NCBI GenBank assembly: GCA_964291215.2
Contig: OZ219791.1
Span: 1,984,001 to 2,048,000 of the forward strand
Direction of reading: 5' to 3'
Source of the DNA: Alphaproteobacteria bacterium
Lineage (GTDB): Bacteria; Pseudomonadota; Alphaproteobacteria; MPNO01; UBA830
Length of the DNA: 64,000 nt
The translations under genes were made by a program, and so were the position numbers. Under the pieces are notes generated by a model. That model saw nothing but the letters and a program-made list of their open reading frames with translations. It searched no databases and was not told the origin of the DNA. Within the stretch, counting starts at the first letter, position 1; each line of letters starts with the position of its first letter. Positions 1 to 10,591 of the stretch are shown one piece after another.

Positions 1-589
1 ACGTCTCCTCGATGACATGATCGGCGCGTGCGAAGGCGTCATCGGCGTCGCCGAACTCGGCGCGCCGCTGCCAGGCAAGGTTGTCTCCGAGACCCTCGTG
101 AATGACCGGGGTCGAGTCGTCGAGCGCCGTCTCGGCGTCGGTCACCGCCGGCAGCACCTCCCAGTCGATCTTGACGAGCGCGGCCGCGTCCTCGGCCAGT
201 GCCCGCGTTTCGGCAACCACGGCAACCACGGCCTCGCCCTGCCAGGTTGTCCGCTCGAGCGGAAGTGCGTATTGCGGCGCCGACTTCAGCCCCTCGAGAT
301 GCGTAAGCACGCCGATCCAGGGATCGTGGATCTCGGCAAGGTCCGGGCCGGTGTAGACGCCGACGACTCCCGGGGCCGCCTTCGCCGTCCCGGTATCGAT
401 CGATTGCATGCGCGCATGCGCGTGGGGCGAGCGGACGAAGGCCGCGTGGGCCATCCGGGCGACGGCCACGTCATCGACGAAGGTGCCGCGCCCCTGCGCG
501 AGACGCGGCGCGTTGGGCCGCGGGACCGAGCGCCCGATATAGGAATTCGGGCGGTCGAGAATCCAGCGGTTGGGGATCATCTCGGTCAT
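1..589 (-). CDS. Xanthine/CO dehydrogenase family molybdopterin-binding large subunit (5' part, runs off window)
   Basis: Manual translation MTEMIPNRWILDRPNSYIGRSVPRPNAPRLAQGRGTFVDD...AFVRSPHAHAR; ATGA overlap with the upstream 2Fe-2S gene. Confidence 0.85.
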   Translation of the reverse strand, partial: MTEMIPNRWILDRPNSYIGRSVPRPNAPRLAQGRGTFVDDVAVARMAHAAFVRSPHAHARMQSIDTGTAKAAPGVVGVYTGPDLAEIHDPWIGVLTHLEGLKSAPQYALPLERTTWQGEAVVAVVAETRALAEDAAALVKIDWEVLPAVTDAETALDDSTPVIHEGLGDNLAWQRRAEFGDADDAFARADHVIEET

Positions 590-1065
590 CCTTCTGCTCC
601 CTCGCGCGCGAGTTCGACGGCGTCGACGATCGCCTGGTAGCCTGTGCAGCGGCAGTAGTTGCCCGACAGGAACTCGCGGATCTCGACGCGGTCCGCGTCC
701 GGCCTGCGCTCCAGCAGCTCGGCCGCCGTCAACAGCATGCCCGGGGTGCAGAAGCCGCACTGGAGCGCATTGCGGCTGACAAAGGCGTCCTGAAGCGCGG
801 CGATCTCACCGCTCTCGCTCAGCCCCTCGATGGTCCAGACGTCGGCGCCGTCGGCCTGCGCCGCAACCATCAGGCACCCGCGGACGATGGCTCCGTCGAC
901 GCGCACCGTGCAGGCGCCGCAGACGCCGTGTTCGCAGCCGACATGGCTGCCGGTCAGACCGAGTTCGTTGCGCAGGAAATCGACGAGATTGGTGCGCGCC
1001 TCGATATGGCGGGTCACGACCTCGCCGTTCACCGTCATCGTGACATCGAGCCGCCTTTCCATCAT
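586..1065 (-). CDS. (2Fe-2S)-binding small subunit (CoxS/CutS-like)
   Basis: GCEHGVCGACT, QCGFCTPG and GNYCRCTGY motifs; start reassigned to MMERRLDV. Confidence 0.9.
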   Translation of the reverse strand: MMERRLDVTMTVNGEVVTRHIEARTNLVDFLRNELGLTGSHVGCEHGVCGACTVRVDGAIVRGCLMVAAQADGADVWTIEGLSESGEIAALQDAFVSRNALQCGFCTPGMLLTAAELLERRPDADRVEIREFLSGNYCRCTGYQAIVDAVELAREGAEG

Positions 1066-1925
1066 TCGTCTCCCCCGGCCATGGCGCCGAGCACGCGCCG
1101 CGTCAGGACGCCGGCCAGGTGCTTGCGCATCGGCCCATCCGCGTTGAGGTCTTGCGGCGGATCGAGCTCCTCCGCGAGCGCCCCCGCGAGCCGGGCCGCA
1201 AGGTCGCCCGACCATGCTTCGCCCGCGAGGAGCGCGGCTGCGTTCGGCGCCGATACCGGCCGGTCGGCGGCGCCGAAGAACACCAGACGTCCCTCGCCGA
1301 ATGTCTGGCCGTCGAACTCGACATGAGCCGCCAGCCCGATGATGGCGTAATCGCCGTGGCGCCGCGCGAGCTCGAGAAAACCGGATTTCCATCCCGGCGC
1401 GATTTTCGGGATCTCGACCGCGGTGAGGATTTCCCCGCTGCCGATCGCGGTTTCGTACAGGCCTCTGAAGAAGTCATCGGCTTCCACGCTGCGTTCGCCG
1501 TCGGGTCCGGCAATGATCATGCGCGCCTGCAGCGCGACCGCGCAGGCCGGGAATTCGGCCGCCGGATCTGCAAAAGCGATCGAGCCCCCGAAGGTGCCGC
1601 GGTTGCGGATCGCCGGATGCGCGATATGCGGCAATGCGCTGGCGACGAGCGGCAGGTGCCGGGCGACCAGATCGGAGGTCTCGAGGTCGGCATGGCGGGC
1701 CATGGCACCGATCTTGATGCTGTCTCCGGCATTTTCGATGGCCGAGATGCCGTCGACATGGTTGATGTCGATCAGCAGCTCCGGCGCCGACAGGCGCATG
1801 TTGAGCGTCGCCATGAGGCTCTGCCCGCCGGCAAGGATACGGGCATCGTCGCCATGTTCGGCCAGGAGGCCGAGCACATCGCCGACGCTTGCTGCGCGGA
1901 CATAGGCAAATGGGGCGGGTTTCAT
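1062..1925 (-). CDS. FAD-binding medium subunit (CoxM/CutM-like)
   Basis: MKPAPFAY, LAGGQSL, AIRNRGTFGGS motifs. Confidence 0.9.
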   Translation of the reverse strand: MKPAPFAYVRAASVGDVLGLLAEHGDDARILAGGQSLMATLNMRLSAPELLIDINHVDGISAIENAGDSIKIGAMARHADLETSDLVARHLPLVASALPHIAHPAIRNRGTFGGSIAFADPAAEFPACAVALQARMIIAGPDGERSVEADDFFRGLYETAIGSGEILTAVEIPKIAPGWKSGFLELARRHGDYAIIGLAAHVEFDGQTFGEGRLVFFGAADRPVSAPNAAALLAGEAWSGDLAARLAGALAEELDPPQDLNADGPMRKHLAGVLTRRVLGAMAGGDE

Positions 1926-2185
1926 CGACGTTTCCCCTGTAGGCCGGGTTGTCGGATCCTTGGACTCTTGACGGCGAATAGTGCCCGTGTTCGGGACCGT
2001 CGGTCAAGCGGCCTCCCGGCGGTCCGTGGCCTCCGGATCGCCGGGGATCGCGCCCATGCCGCCCTGCGGCCGGATCGAACCGGCCAACCGTGCTATGTTC
2101 CGGGCCACTTCGCGGTGTATCATGAAGCCGGCTTGCGCGATGCCCACAGCCTGAGCCGGCGAAAACCCTTGAGTGAACGGCAGCC

Positions 2186-3010
2186 ATGGCAGGAAGTCTC
2201 CGCAGAGCGACGCTGGCGGCAGGCTGTGCGCTGGCGTTGTCTGCCAGTTCTGCCGCCTCGGAGCGGCTGCGGCTCGACCTGTCCTACGATGTCTATGTCG
2301 GGGGGCTGCATGCCGGCAGGCTTGACGGCGTGATCAGGCTGGATCCGGCGAAATACGCCTTCGATGTTCATGGCAGGACGCGTGGCCTGCTGGAGGCGCT
2401 GATCCGTTGGCGGATGGACTCCCATTCGCGCGGCAAGCTCGCACGGGAGCAGGTCGTGCCTGCTGAAGCGGGCCAGAAGAACAAGCGGCGGGGAGCAGAG
2501 CGCTTCGTCGACATCGTGTTTGCCGAAGGCATGCCGAGGGTGGTGCGGGCGAAACCGGAATCACGGGCCGACAGCCGGGACCGGATACTCCCCGAGGCGC
2601 GCCGGGGCGCCCTCGATCCGATTGGCGGCGTGCTCGCGATCATCACCGCCCTTGAGACCAGCGGCGGCTGCGACGCCGCATTTCCTGTCTTCGACGGACG
2701 GCGCCTGTACGATCTCTCTATCCGGGGCCAGGGAATCGCGGATCTCCCTGTCAGCCGCTATACACCTTATGCTGGCCCCGCGATGCGGTGTCAGATCCAG
2801 TTCAGGCAGAAAGCCGGCTTCAAGCGGGACTCCGGCGGCGCCGTGCAGCGCTTCCGCACGGCTGCGGATATCTGGATGGGCAGGGTGTTCGCCGGCGTGC
2901 CGCGGCTGCCGGTTCGCATAGAGTTCGAAACCCGGCCGCTGGGCGCAGTCGTCGGCCATCTCGTGCGTGCGAGTTACAGTTCGCCGGGTGGCGGGCAGAC
3001 GCTCGAGTGA
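2186..3010 (+). CDS. Exported DUF3108-like protein
   Basis: Signal-peptide-like N-terminus; LSYDVYVGG, DP..., VFDGRRLYD motifs. Confidence 0.65.
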   Translation: MAGSLRRATLAAGCALALSASSAASERLRLDLSYDVYVGGLHAGRLDGVIRLDPAKYAFDVHGRTRGLLEALIRWRMDSHSRGKLAREQVVPAEAGQKNKRRGAERFVDIVFAEGMPRVVRAKPESRADSRDRILPEARRGALDPIGGVLAIITALETSGGCDAAFPVFDGRRLYDLSIRGQGIADLPVSRYTPYAGPAMRCQIQFRQKAGFKRDSGGAVQRFRTAADIWMGRVFAGVPRLPVRIEFETRPLGAVVGHLVRASYSSPGGGQTLE

Positions 3011-3273
3011 CGACCATCCCGAGCCGGGTTCGACGGGCCCGGCTGCCGCGGGCCGGCCGAGAGGCCGGCGATTGCTCGCCGGCGGCGGGTCGGGGATAAC
3101 TGTTTCGCGTCGGTAGGGAGATCGTGCGCGGATGTGCTGCGGCAGTTGCCGGCGCCGCGTTTTTTGCGGTAGAGCGCGAGTTGTGGCAGTGTGATGCTCG
3201 AGGATGCTGCGGACAGCTTCCGGCATTCGATCCCTCCCGGCTCAAGGATCCGCACCGCAGGAGAACTCTCCAG

Positions 3274-4632
3274 ATGTCCGAGACCGGAGTTGCGGCCGTC
3301 GTGCTGGCTGCGGGCAAGGGTACGCGGATGAAGTCTGACCTGCCCAAAGTCCTTCATCCGGTTGCCGGCCGCCCGATGATCCGCCATGTCCTTTCGATGC
3401 TGGAAGACATCGCTCCGGACCGCAGCGTCGTCGTGGTCGCGCCCGGGATGGACAGTGTCGTTTCCGCGGTGTCTCCGGCACGTGTGGCCGTGCAGGAGGA
3501 TTCGCAGGGTACGGCCCACGCGGTGCTTGCCGCGCGCTCCGCATTCGAGGGTTATTCCGGGGATGTCGTCATCGTCAACGGCGATACTCCGCTCCTGACC
3601 GCGGAAACCGTCGGAACCATGCTGCAGGCGCGTCGCGGCCCGGAGCGCCCGGCCGTCGTTGCGCTCGGCTTCCGGCCGCGGGATCCGGCCGAGTACGGCC
3701 GGCTGAGGATCGGCGAGGATGGCGGGCTCGACGCCATCGTCGAATACCGCGATGCCTCGCCGGAGGAGAAGGCCGGCACTTTCTGCAACGCGGGCGTCAT
3801 GGTCGTCGACGGCGGCGTGCTGTTCGCGCTTCTCGACGCCGTCGGGACGCGGAACGCGAAAGGCGAATACTACCTGACCGACATCGTGGCCATTGCCTGC
3901 TCCCGCGGGCTATGCTGCGCGGCCGTCGAGACGCCGGACGCCACCGAAGCGATGGGTGTCGACAGCCGCGCCGGCCTGGCGCGGGCGGAAGAAGCCATGC
4001 AGGACCGTCTGCGCCGTCGGGCCATGGAGGCCGGAGCGACGCTGACGGCCCCCGAAACCGTATGGCTTGCGGCCGACACCGAGATCGGCCGTGACGTGAC
4101 CATCGGGCCCAACGTGGTCATCGGCCCGGGAACCCGAATCTCCGACGGCGCGGCCATTCGCGCCTTCAGCCATATCGAGGGCGCCGACCTCGGCTCCGGA
4201 ACCGTTGTCGGCCCCTTTGCCCGCCTTCGTCCCGGAACGCGGCTCCGGCACGGGGCCCGCGTCGGCAACTTCGTCGAGGTCAAGGCGGCGGTCCTCGGCG
4301 AGAATGTCCGCGTCGGCCACCTTTCCTATGTCGGCGACGCCGAAATCGGGGAGGGCGCCAATATCGGGGCAGGAACGATAACCTGCAACTATGACGGGAT
4401 CTCGAAACACTTCACCCGCATCGGCGCCGGCGCCTTCATCGGCTCCAACAGCGCGCTGGTGGCGCCGGTGACGGTCGGAGACGACGCCATCGTCGGGGCC
4501 GGTTCGGTCGTCACGTCCGAGGTGGAGCGCGGCGCCATCGCGATCGCGCGTGGCCGCCAGCGCAATCTCGACGGTCAGGCGGACGCATTTCGCCGCCGCA
4601 GGAAGGCGGAAAGCGACACCGGAGACGGGTAG
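3274..4632 (+). CDS. glmU: Bifunctional UDP-GlcNAc pyrophosphorylase/glucosamine-1-P acetyltransferase
   Basis: LAAGKGTRMKS, GEYYLTD, hexapeptide repeats, HLSYVGDA, TITCNYDG; start set at MSETG. Confidence 0.95.
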   Translation: MSETGVAAVVLAAGKGTRMKSDLPKVLHPVAGRPMIRHVLSMLEDIAPDRSVVVVAPGMDSVVSAVSPARVAVQEDSQGTAHAVLAARSAFEGYSGDVVIVNGDTPLLTAETVGTMLQARRGPERPAVVALGFRPRDPAEYGRLRIGEDGGLDAIVEYRDASPEEKAGTFCNAGVMVVDGGVLFALLDAVGTRNAKGEYYLTDIVAIACSRGLCCAAVETPDATEAMGVDSRAGLARAEEAMQDRLRRRAMEAGATLTAPETVWLAADTEIGRDVTIGPNVVIGPGTRISDGAAIRAFSHIEGADLGSGTVVGPFARLRPGTRLRHGARVGNFVEVKAAVLGENVRVGHLSYVGDAEIGEGANIGAGTITCNYDGISKHFTRIGAGAFIGSNSALVAPVTVGDDAIVGAGSVVTSEVERGAIAIARGRQRNLDGQADAFRRRRKAESDTGDG

Positions 4633-4688
4633 CCCGGGCGCCGGTTGCGGGAGGTCGGGCCCGCGCCGGTCTGCAAGACGGCGACCGG

Positions 4689-5393
4689 TCAGCCGCCGCC
4701 CGGGTCGAGGATCTCGACCAGCTCGTCCGGCATTTCGAGCATGGCGTCGTGCAGACATGGCAGTTCGAACGTCCGCCAGTCCGATGCCTGTTTCAGTGCT
4801 TCGTGGAATTTCCGGAACAGCGACTGCTCGTAGGCCGAACACAGGATGTAGTCCTTCCTCGGCACCTCGCGTTCCCGGCCGGTAAGGGTTACCCCCTTCT
4901 CCATGCATGGCGCGGGGTGCGGGGTGGTCATCTTCCGGAGCCACGCCTTGCGCTCGGGGTCGGATATCCAGCGGTCGAAGCCGCTTGGATTGACATGGCC
5001 GTTGGGCCGGCGCGCCGCGGCGATTTCCGCGGCGCGTTCGGGATTGGTGAGCGGCGACAGGCTCTGGCCGCTTTCCTCGGGGACGAAGGCGTCGAGATAT
5101 ACCAGCCGTTCGATTCGCTCCGTGATGCGCGAGGCGGTGCCGGTGATCACCATCCCGCCGTAGGAATGTCCGACGAGCACGATCTCGTGAAGATCCTCCC
5201 AGAGCACGAGATTCACTATGTCCTCGACATGGGTGTCCGGGCCGTCGACGCTGTCGATGAGATGCCGGCGTTCCGCGAGCCCTGTCAACGTCGGCGTGTA
5301 GACGAGATGGCCTCGGCCGCGCAAGCTGTCGGCGACTTCGCGCCAGCACCAGCCGCCGTGCCAGGCGCCGTGAACGAGAACGAAGGTTGTCAT
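4689..5393 (-). CDS. Alpha/beta hydrolase (esterase)
   Basis: MTTFVLVHGAWHGGWCW and GHSYGG nucleophile motif; 3' end of the 978-aa ORF. Confidence 0.9.
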   Translation of the reverse strand: MTTFVLVHGAWHGGWCWREVADSLRGRGHLVYTPTLTGLAERRHLIDSVDGPDTHVEDIVNLVLWEDLHEIVLVGHSYGGMVITGTASRITERIERLVYLDAFVPEESGQSLSPLTNPERAAEIAAARRPNGHVNPSGFDRWISDPERKAWLRKMTTPHPAPCMEKGVTLTGREREVPRKDYILCSAYEQSLFRKFHEALKQASDWRTFELPCLHDAMLEMPDELVEILDPGGG

Positions 5394-5609
5394 CCCGTGA
5401 ATCCCTCCCGCATGCCGTTCGATGTGCGCACCTTTCGGGGCGATCTGGCTTCGGTGCTTGATCCCGTATAATAGCCGCATGGCAGCCGGGCAATGCCGGT
5501 CGCAGACACCGGATGCGTTTGCAGGCTGCCGTCCTGCATGGCAATGGCGGTGATAACGTGATGGCTGGCAGCGTGAACCTGCGCCCGGCGCTTTGCCGGA
5601 GGGGCTGAT

Positions 5610-7433
5610 ATGTGTGGAATCATCGGCATCATCGGGTCGGCAGACGCGGCGCCGTTGCTGGTCGACGGGCTGAGGAGGCTTGCCTATCGCGGCTATGACT
5701 CCGCCGGGATCGCGACGCTGTCCGGCGGCCGCGTCGAACGCCGGCGCAGCGAGGGCAAGATCGACAGGCTTGCGGCGCTCGTGGAGAACGACCCGCCGGC
5801 CGGGACCATCGGGATAGGCCATACGCGCTGGGCCACCCACGGAGCTCCGAGCACGGCCAACGCCCACCCGCACACCGACGGCAGCGTCGTTGTCGTCCAC
5901 AACGGCATCATAGAGAATTTCCAGGAACTGCGGGAGGAGCTGTCCGCGGAGGGTCATGAATTCCGCTCGGAGACCGATACCGAATCGGTCGTCCATCTGA
6001 TCAGCAGCCATCTCGGCGCCGAGCGGACGCCGGCGGAAGCGGTCGCGTTGTCCCTGCCGCGCCTGCGAGGGGCGTTCGCGCTCGCCATCCTGTTTTCCGG
6101 ACATGACGGGTTGATCGTCGCGGCGCGGCGCGGGAGTCCGCTGGCAATCGGCTACGGCGACGGCGAGATGTATGTCGGCTCCGACGCCCTGGCGCTGGCG
6201 CCGCTCACCGAACGGATCTGCTATCTGGAGGAGGGCGACTGGGCTGAAATCACGGCCGGACAGGCGATCATCCATGACGCGGGCGGCGAGGTCGTTGCCC
6301 GGGAAATCCGCCGGACCTCGACCACCGGCGCCGCTGTCGGCAAGGGCAACTTCCCGCATTTCATGCTCAAGGAGATCTTCGAACAGCCGGCGGTGATCGG
6401 CGATACGCTTCACGCGCTCATCGATCCGTTCGATGGAACCGTCGCGCTTCCCGACCTGCCTTTTGATCCTGCCGACGTCTCCAGAATCTCGGTCATCGCA
6501 TGCGGGACGTCGTTTCATGCCGGCATGGTTGTCCGCTACTGGCTCGAGGGAGCGGCCGGGATTTCGACCGATATCGAGATCGCTTCCGAGTTCCGTTACC
6601 GGGGCGCCAGGATGGAGCCGGGCGGCGTGGCACTGTTCATTTCGCAGTCCGGCGAAACGGCCGATACCTTGGCGGCGCTTCGCTATGCGCGAAGCCGGGG
6701 ACAGCGTATCGTGTCGGTGGTCAACGTGCCGGACAGCTCGATGTCCCGGGAATCCGACACCGTGCTTCTCACCTTGGCCGGCCCGGAAATCGGGGTGGCG
6801 TCCACCAAGGCCTTCACCACCCAGCTGACCACGCTTGCCGGCTTCGCCATCGGCATGGGAGCGGCGCGCGGCGAAATCGACCGTGCGACGGAAGCCAGGC
6901 TGTGCCACGCATTGACCGAGGTACCGGCCCGGGCTAACGATGTCCTGGTGCATGACGAGGCAATCGCCGAGATCGCGCGGGGAATCGTCGACGCCACCGG
7001 CGTGCTGTATCTGGGCCGCGGCACGGGATATCCGATAGCGCTGGAGGGCGCCCTGAAGCTCAAGGAAATCTCCTATCTCCACGCCGAGGGCTATGCCGCC
7101 GGCGAGATGAAGCACGGGCCGATAGCGCTGGTCGACGATCGCATGCCTGTGATCGTGATTGCGCCGTCGGACCCGCTGTTCGAAAAGACGGCGAGCAACA
7201 TGCAGGAAGTCGCCGCTCGTGGCGGCCGCGTCCTGTTCCTGTCCGATCGCGCAGGGATAGAACGGCTCGGCGACATGGCGTCGGCGGCCGTCGAACTGCC
7301 GGAGGTGGATCCGTTCGTGGCGCCGATCCTCTACACGATTCCGGTGCAGCTGTTGGCCTATCACGTTGCGGTTCTGAAGGGCACCGATGTCGATCAGCCG
7401 AGGAATCTCGCAAAGTCCGTTACCGTCGAATAG
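5610..7433 (+). CDS. glmS: Glutamine-fructose-6-phosphate transaminase
   Basis: MCGIIG, YRGYDSAG, GHTRWATHG, PRNLAKSVTVE. Confidence 0.97.
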   Translation: MCGIIGIIGSADAAPLLVDGLRRLAYRGYDSAGIATLSGGRVERRRSEGKIDRLAALVENDPPAGTIGIGHTRWATHGAPSTANAHPHTDGSVVVVHNGIIENFQELREELSAEGHEFRSETDTESVVHLISSHLGAERTPAEAVALSLPRLRGAFALAILFSGHDGLIVAARRGSPLAIGYGDGEMYVGSDALALAPLTERICYLEEGDWAEITAGQAIIHDAGGEVVAREIRRTSTTGAAVGKGNFPHFMLKEIFEQPAVIGDTLHALIDPFDGTVALPDLPFDPADVSRISVIACGTSFHAGMVVRYWLEGAAGISTDIEIASEFRYRGARMEPGGVALFISQSGETADTLAALRYARSRGQRIVSVVNVPDSSMSRESDTVLLTLAGPEIGVASTKAFTTQLTTLAGFAIGMGAARGEIDRATEARLCHALTEVPARANDVLVHDEAIAEIARGIVDATGVLYLGRGTGYPIALEGALKLKEISYLHAEGYAAGEMKHGPIALVDDRMPVIVIAPSDPLFEKTASNMQEVAARGGRVLFLSDRAGIERLGDMASAAVELPEVDPFVAPILYTIPVQLLAYHVAVLKGTDVDQPRNLAKSVTVE

Positions 7434-7663
7434 GGCCTCTGCATCCGTCGACGCCTCGCTCCGGCAGAGCCGTCTTCGCCGCCGGGAGGCCGTCCGGCAG
7501 ACAGGCTGCGCCCCTCCGGTCTCCCGGCCAGCCGCGATCTCCGGACCCGTCGCAGCTGCACGTCGCGCCGTCCCGAACGACTGGTTCATGTGCGGAAAGA
7601 TTGTATATTCGCCCGTCATTGCCACACCCGTCGGGAGGTGTCGGCAAGAAAGGAGGATCGTCC

Positions 7664-9133
7664 ATGCCAGCTCCCATTGAACTCAAGGATTCCGCGCTTT
7701 TCCGCGAGGCCTGCTACATCGACGGCGAATGGGTCGGCGCCGGGTCCAACGAGACCATGGACGTCACCAATCCGGCGACCGGCGAGATTCTCGGCACCGT
7801 CCCGCGCCTTGGTGTCGAAGAGACACGCCGCGCCATCGAAGCCGCCAACGATGCCTGGCCGGCATGGCGGGCGCGGACGGCCAAGGACAGGGCGGCGGTC
7901 CTGCGACGCTGGCACGAGTTGATGGTCGACAACCAGGACGATCTTGCCCGGATGATGACGGCCGAGCAGGGCAAGCCGCTCAAGGAGTCCATGGGTGAAA
8001 TCCTCTATGCGGCCTCGTTCATCGAGTGGTTTGCCGAGGAGGGCAAGCGCGTCTACGGGGATACGATCCCGCAGCACGCTCCGGGCAAGCGCATTGTCGT
8101 GACCAAGGAACCGGTCGGCGTCTGCGCGGCGATCACGCCGTGGAACTTTCCCGCCGCCATGATCACGCGCAAGGCGGGGCCGGCGCTGGCGGCCGGCTGC
8201 ACGATGGTGCTCAAGCCTGCAAGCGCGACGCCCTACTCGGCGCTGGCTCTTGCTGAGCTCGGTGAACGGGCGGGATTGCCTGCCGGCGTCTTCAGCGTCG
8301 TGACCGGCTCATCCGGCGCCATCGGCGGCGAACTGACATCCAATCCGCTTGTTCGTAAGCTTACCTTCACCGGGTCGACCGAAATCGGCAAGCTACTCCT
8401 CGAGCAATGCGCCGGGACCGTCAAGAAAACCTCCATGGAGCTTGGCGGCAATGCGCCGTTCATCGTCTTCGACGATGCCGACCTCGACGAGGCCGTGGCT
8501 GGCGCCATGGCCTCGAAGTTCCGCAATACCGGGCAGACCTGCGTGTGCGCCAACCGGCTGCTGGTCCAGGACGGCGTTTACGAGACGTTTTCGAGGAGGC
8601 TGACCGAGGAAGTGGAGAAGATGAAGATCGGCGACGGGCTTGCGGGGGAGACCGACCAGGGACCGCTGATCGACATGGCCGCCGTCGAGAAGGTGGAGGA
8701 GCACATCGGAGACGCCGTGACCAAGGGCGCGAAGCTGGTCACAGGCGGCGACCGCCATGACCTCGGCGGCACCTTCTTCACGCCGACCGTGCTGACCGAC
8801 GTGACGACCGAGATGAAGGTCACTCGGGAGGAAACGTTTGGCCCGGTGGCGCCGCTTTACCGCTTCGAGACCGAGAAACAGGCGCTGGCCATGGCCAACG
8901 ATACCGAGTTCGGACTCGCCGCCTATTTCTACAGCCGTGATATCGGCCGAATCTGGCGCGTTATGGAAGGCCTCGAATATGGGATCGTCGGCGTCAACGA
9001 GGGAATCATCTCGACTGAGGTGGCACCGTTCGGAGGCATGAAGGAATCGGGCGTCGGACGCGAGGGCTCCAAATACGGGATAGAGGACTTCCTCGAGGTC
9101 AAGTACGGCCTGATCGGCGGCATCGGCGCCTGA
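7664..9133 (+). CDS. gabD: NAD(P)-dependent succinate-semialdehyde dehydrogenase
   Basis: ITPWNFP, MELGGNAPF, FRNTGQTCVC, EETFGP; RBS AGGAGG before MPAPIEL. Confidence 0.9.
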   Translation: MPAPIELKDSALFREACYIDGEWVGAGSNETMDVTNPATGEILGTVPRLGVEETRRAIEAANDAWPAWRARTAKDRAAVLRRWHELMVDNQDDLARMMTAEQGKPLKESMGEILYAASFIEWFAEEGKRVYGDTIPQHAPGKRIVVTKEPVGVCAAITPWNFPAAMITRKAGPALAAGCTMVLKPASATPYSALALAELGERAGLPAGVFSVVTGSSGAIGGELTSNPLVRKLTFTGSTEIGKLLLEQCAGTVKKTSMELGGNAPFIVFDDADLDEAVAGAMASKFRNTGQTCVCANRLLVQDGVYETFSRRLTEEVEKMKIGDGLAGETDQGPLIDMAAVEKVEEHIGDAVTKGAKLVTGGDRHDLGGTFFTPTVLTDVTTEMKVTREETFGPVAPLYRFETEKQALAMANDTEFGLAAYFYSRDIGRIWRVMEGLEYGIVGVNEGIISTEVAPFGGMKESGVGREGSKYGIEDFLEVKYGLIGGIGA

Positions 9134-9206
9134 TGGCGGTTGAGCGCGGCACTTCGGTCGACGCCGGCCGCCAGCCTGGCAAGGCGCAGATCCCCGGACC
9201 GTCCTG

Positions 9207-10565
9207 ATGGCGGACTACGACTTCGACTTGTTCGTCATCGGCGCAGGATCCGGCGGCGTGCGGGCAAGCCGCATGTCGGCGTCCTACGGCGCCCGGGTGG
9301 CAATCGCTGAGGAACGCTTCCTGGGGGGAACCTGCGTCAATGTCGGCTGCATTCCCAAGAAGCTCTTCTCCTACGGCGCGCACTATGCGGAAGACGCCGA
9401 TGATGCCGCCGCCTACGGCTGGAGCTTCGGGCATCCGGACCTGCACTGGCGGACCCTGATCGAAAACAAGAACCGGGAGATTGCGCGCCTCAACGGGATC
9501 TATCGCAACATTCTCGAGAGCAGCGGCGTCACGCTGTTCGAGGCCCGCGCCACCCTCGTCGATGCGCATACGCTCGATGTCGGCGGCGAAAGGGTGACGA
9601 CCGAGACCATCCTGATCGCTGTCGGCGGAAAGCCGCAGGTTCTCTCGATTCCCGGTGGCGAGCACGCCATCGTGTCGGACGACGCGTTCTATCTCGAAGA
9701 GAGGCCTGACCGCGTCGTCGTGGTCGGCGGTGGATACATCGCCGTCGAGTTCGCATCGATCTTCAGCGGCTACGGAGCCGAGACGACCCTCATATACAGG
9801 CGCGACCTCTTTCTCCGCGGCTTCGACATCGACATCCGCCGGCACCTTGCCGGACAGATGTCGGACAAGGGGATCGAACTGGTGTGGAACGAGGTCGTCG
9901 ATCGCATTGAAGCCACGGATGACGGACTCCGTGCCACCCTCGGAAGCGGCGAGGTGCGGGCGGCGGACCAGGTGATGTATGCCATTGGCAGAACGCCCAA
10001 TACCGCGAATATCGGTCTTGAGGAGGCTGGCGTCGCGCTGACGCCGGGGGGCACCGTCATCGTCGATGACTATTTCCGCACCAGCGTCGACAATATCTAC
10101 GCGCTCGGCGACATCATCGACCGGTACCAGTTGACCCCGGTCGCGATCGGCGAGGCCATGAAGCTCGCGTCCAACCTGTATAAGGGCACCCGGCTCACGA
10201 TGGACTATGCCGACATCCCGACCGCGGTATTCTCCAATCCGCCGATTGGGACGGTCGGTCTGACGGAGGAGGACGCACGGGCGCGCCACGGCGATGTCGT
10301 CGTGTATCGTTCGGAATTCCGGCCGCTCCGGCACACGCTCACCGGTTCCGACGAGCGGACGATGATGAAGTTGATCGTCGACAGGGCGTCGGACCGGGTT
10401 GTCGGCTGCCACATGGTCGGGCCCGATGCCGGCGAGATCGTTCAGGGGGTCGCAATCGCGCTGAAGTGCGGCGCGACCAAGGCCCAGTTTGATGCCACGG
10501 TAGGCATTCACCCGACCGCTGCCGAAGAGCTGGTCACGATGCGTGAACCGGTGGTTGCCGCCTAG
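9207..10565 (+). CDS. gor: Glutathione-disulfide reductase
   Basis: [28 protein letters not shown]. Confidence 0.93.
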   Translation: MADYDFDLFVIGAGSGGVRASRMSASYGARVAIAEERFLGGTCVNVGCIPKKLFSYGAHYAEDADDAAAYGWSFGHPDLHWRTLIENKNREIARLNGIYRNILESSGVTLFEARATLVDAHTLDVGGERVTTETILIAVGGKPQVLSIPGGEHAIVSDDAFYLEERPDRVVVVGGGYIAVEFASIFSGYGAETTLIYRRDLFLRGFDIDIRRHLAGQMSDKGIELVWNEVVDRIEATDDGLRATLGSGEVRAADQVMYAIGRTPNTANIGLEEAGVALTPGGTVIVDDYFRTSVDNIYALGDIIDRYQLTPVAIGEAMKLASNLYKGTRLTMDYADIPTAVFSNPPIGTVGLTEEDARARHGDVVVYRSEFRPLRHTLTGSDERTMMKLIVDRASDRVVGCHMVGPDAGEIVQGVAIALKCGATKAQFDATVGIHPTAAEELVTMREPVVAA

Positions 10566-10591
10566 GCGGCCGAAACACGGGAGAGGGACCG

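Noticed and set aside
4689-7625. 978-aa minus ORF and other long antisense ORFs (e.g. 9099-10511, 49113-50981, 57186-58712)
   Set aside because: Shadows of real genes in high-GC DNA; only the last 234 aa of this one is a recognisable hydrolase.
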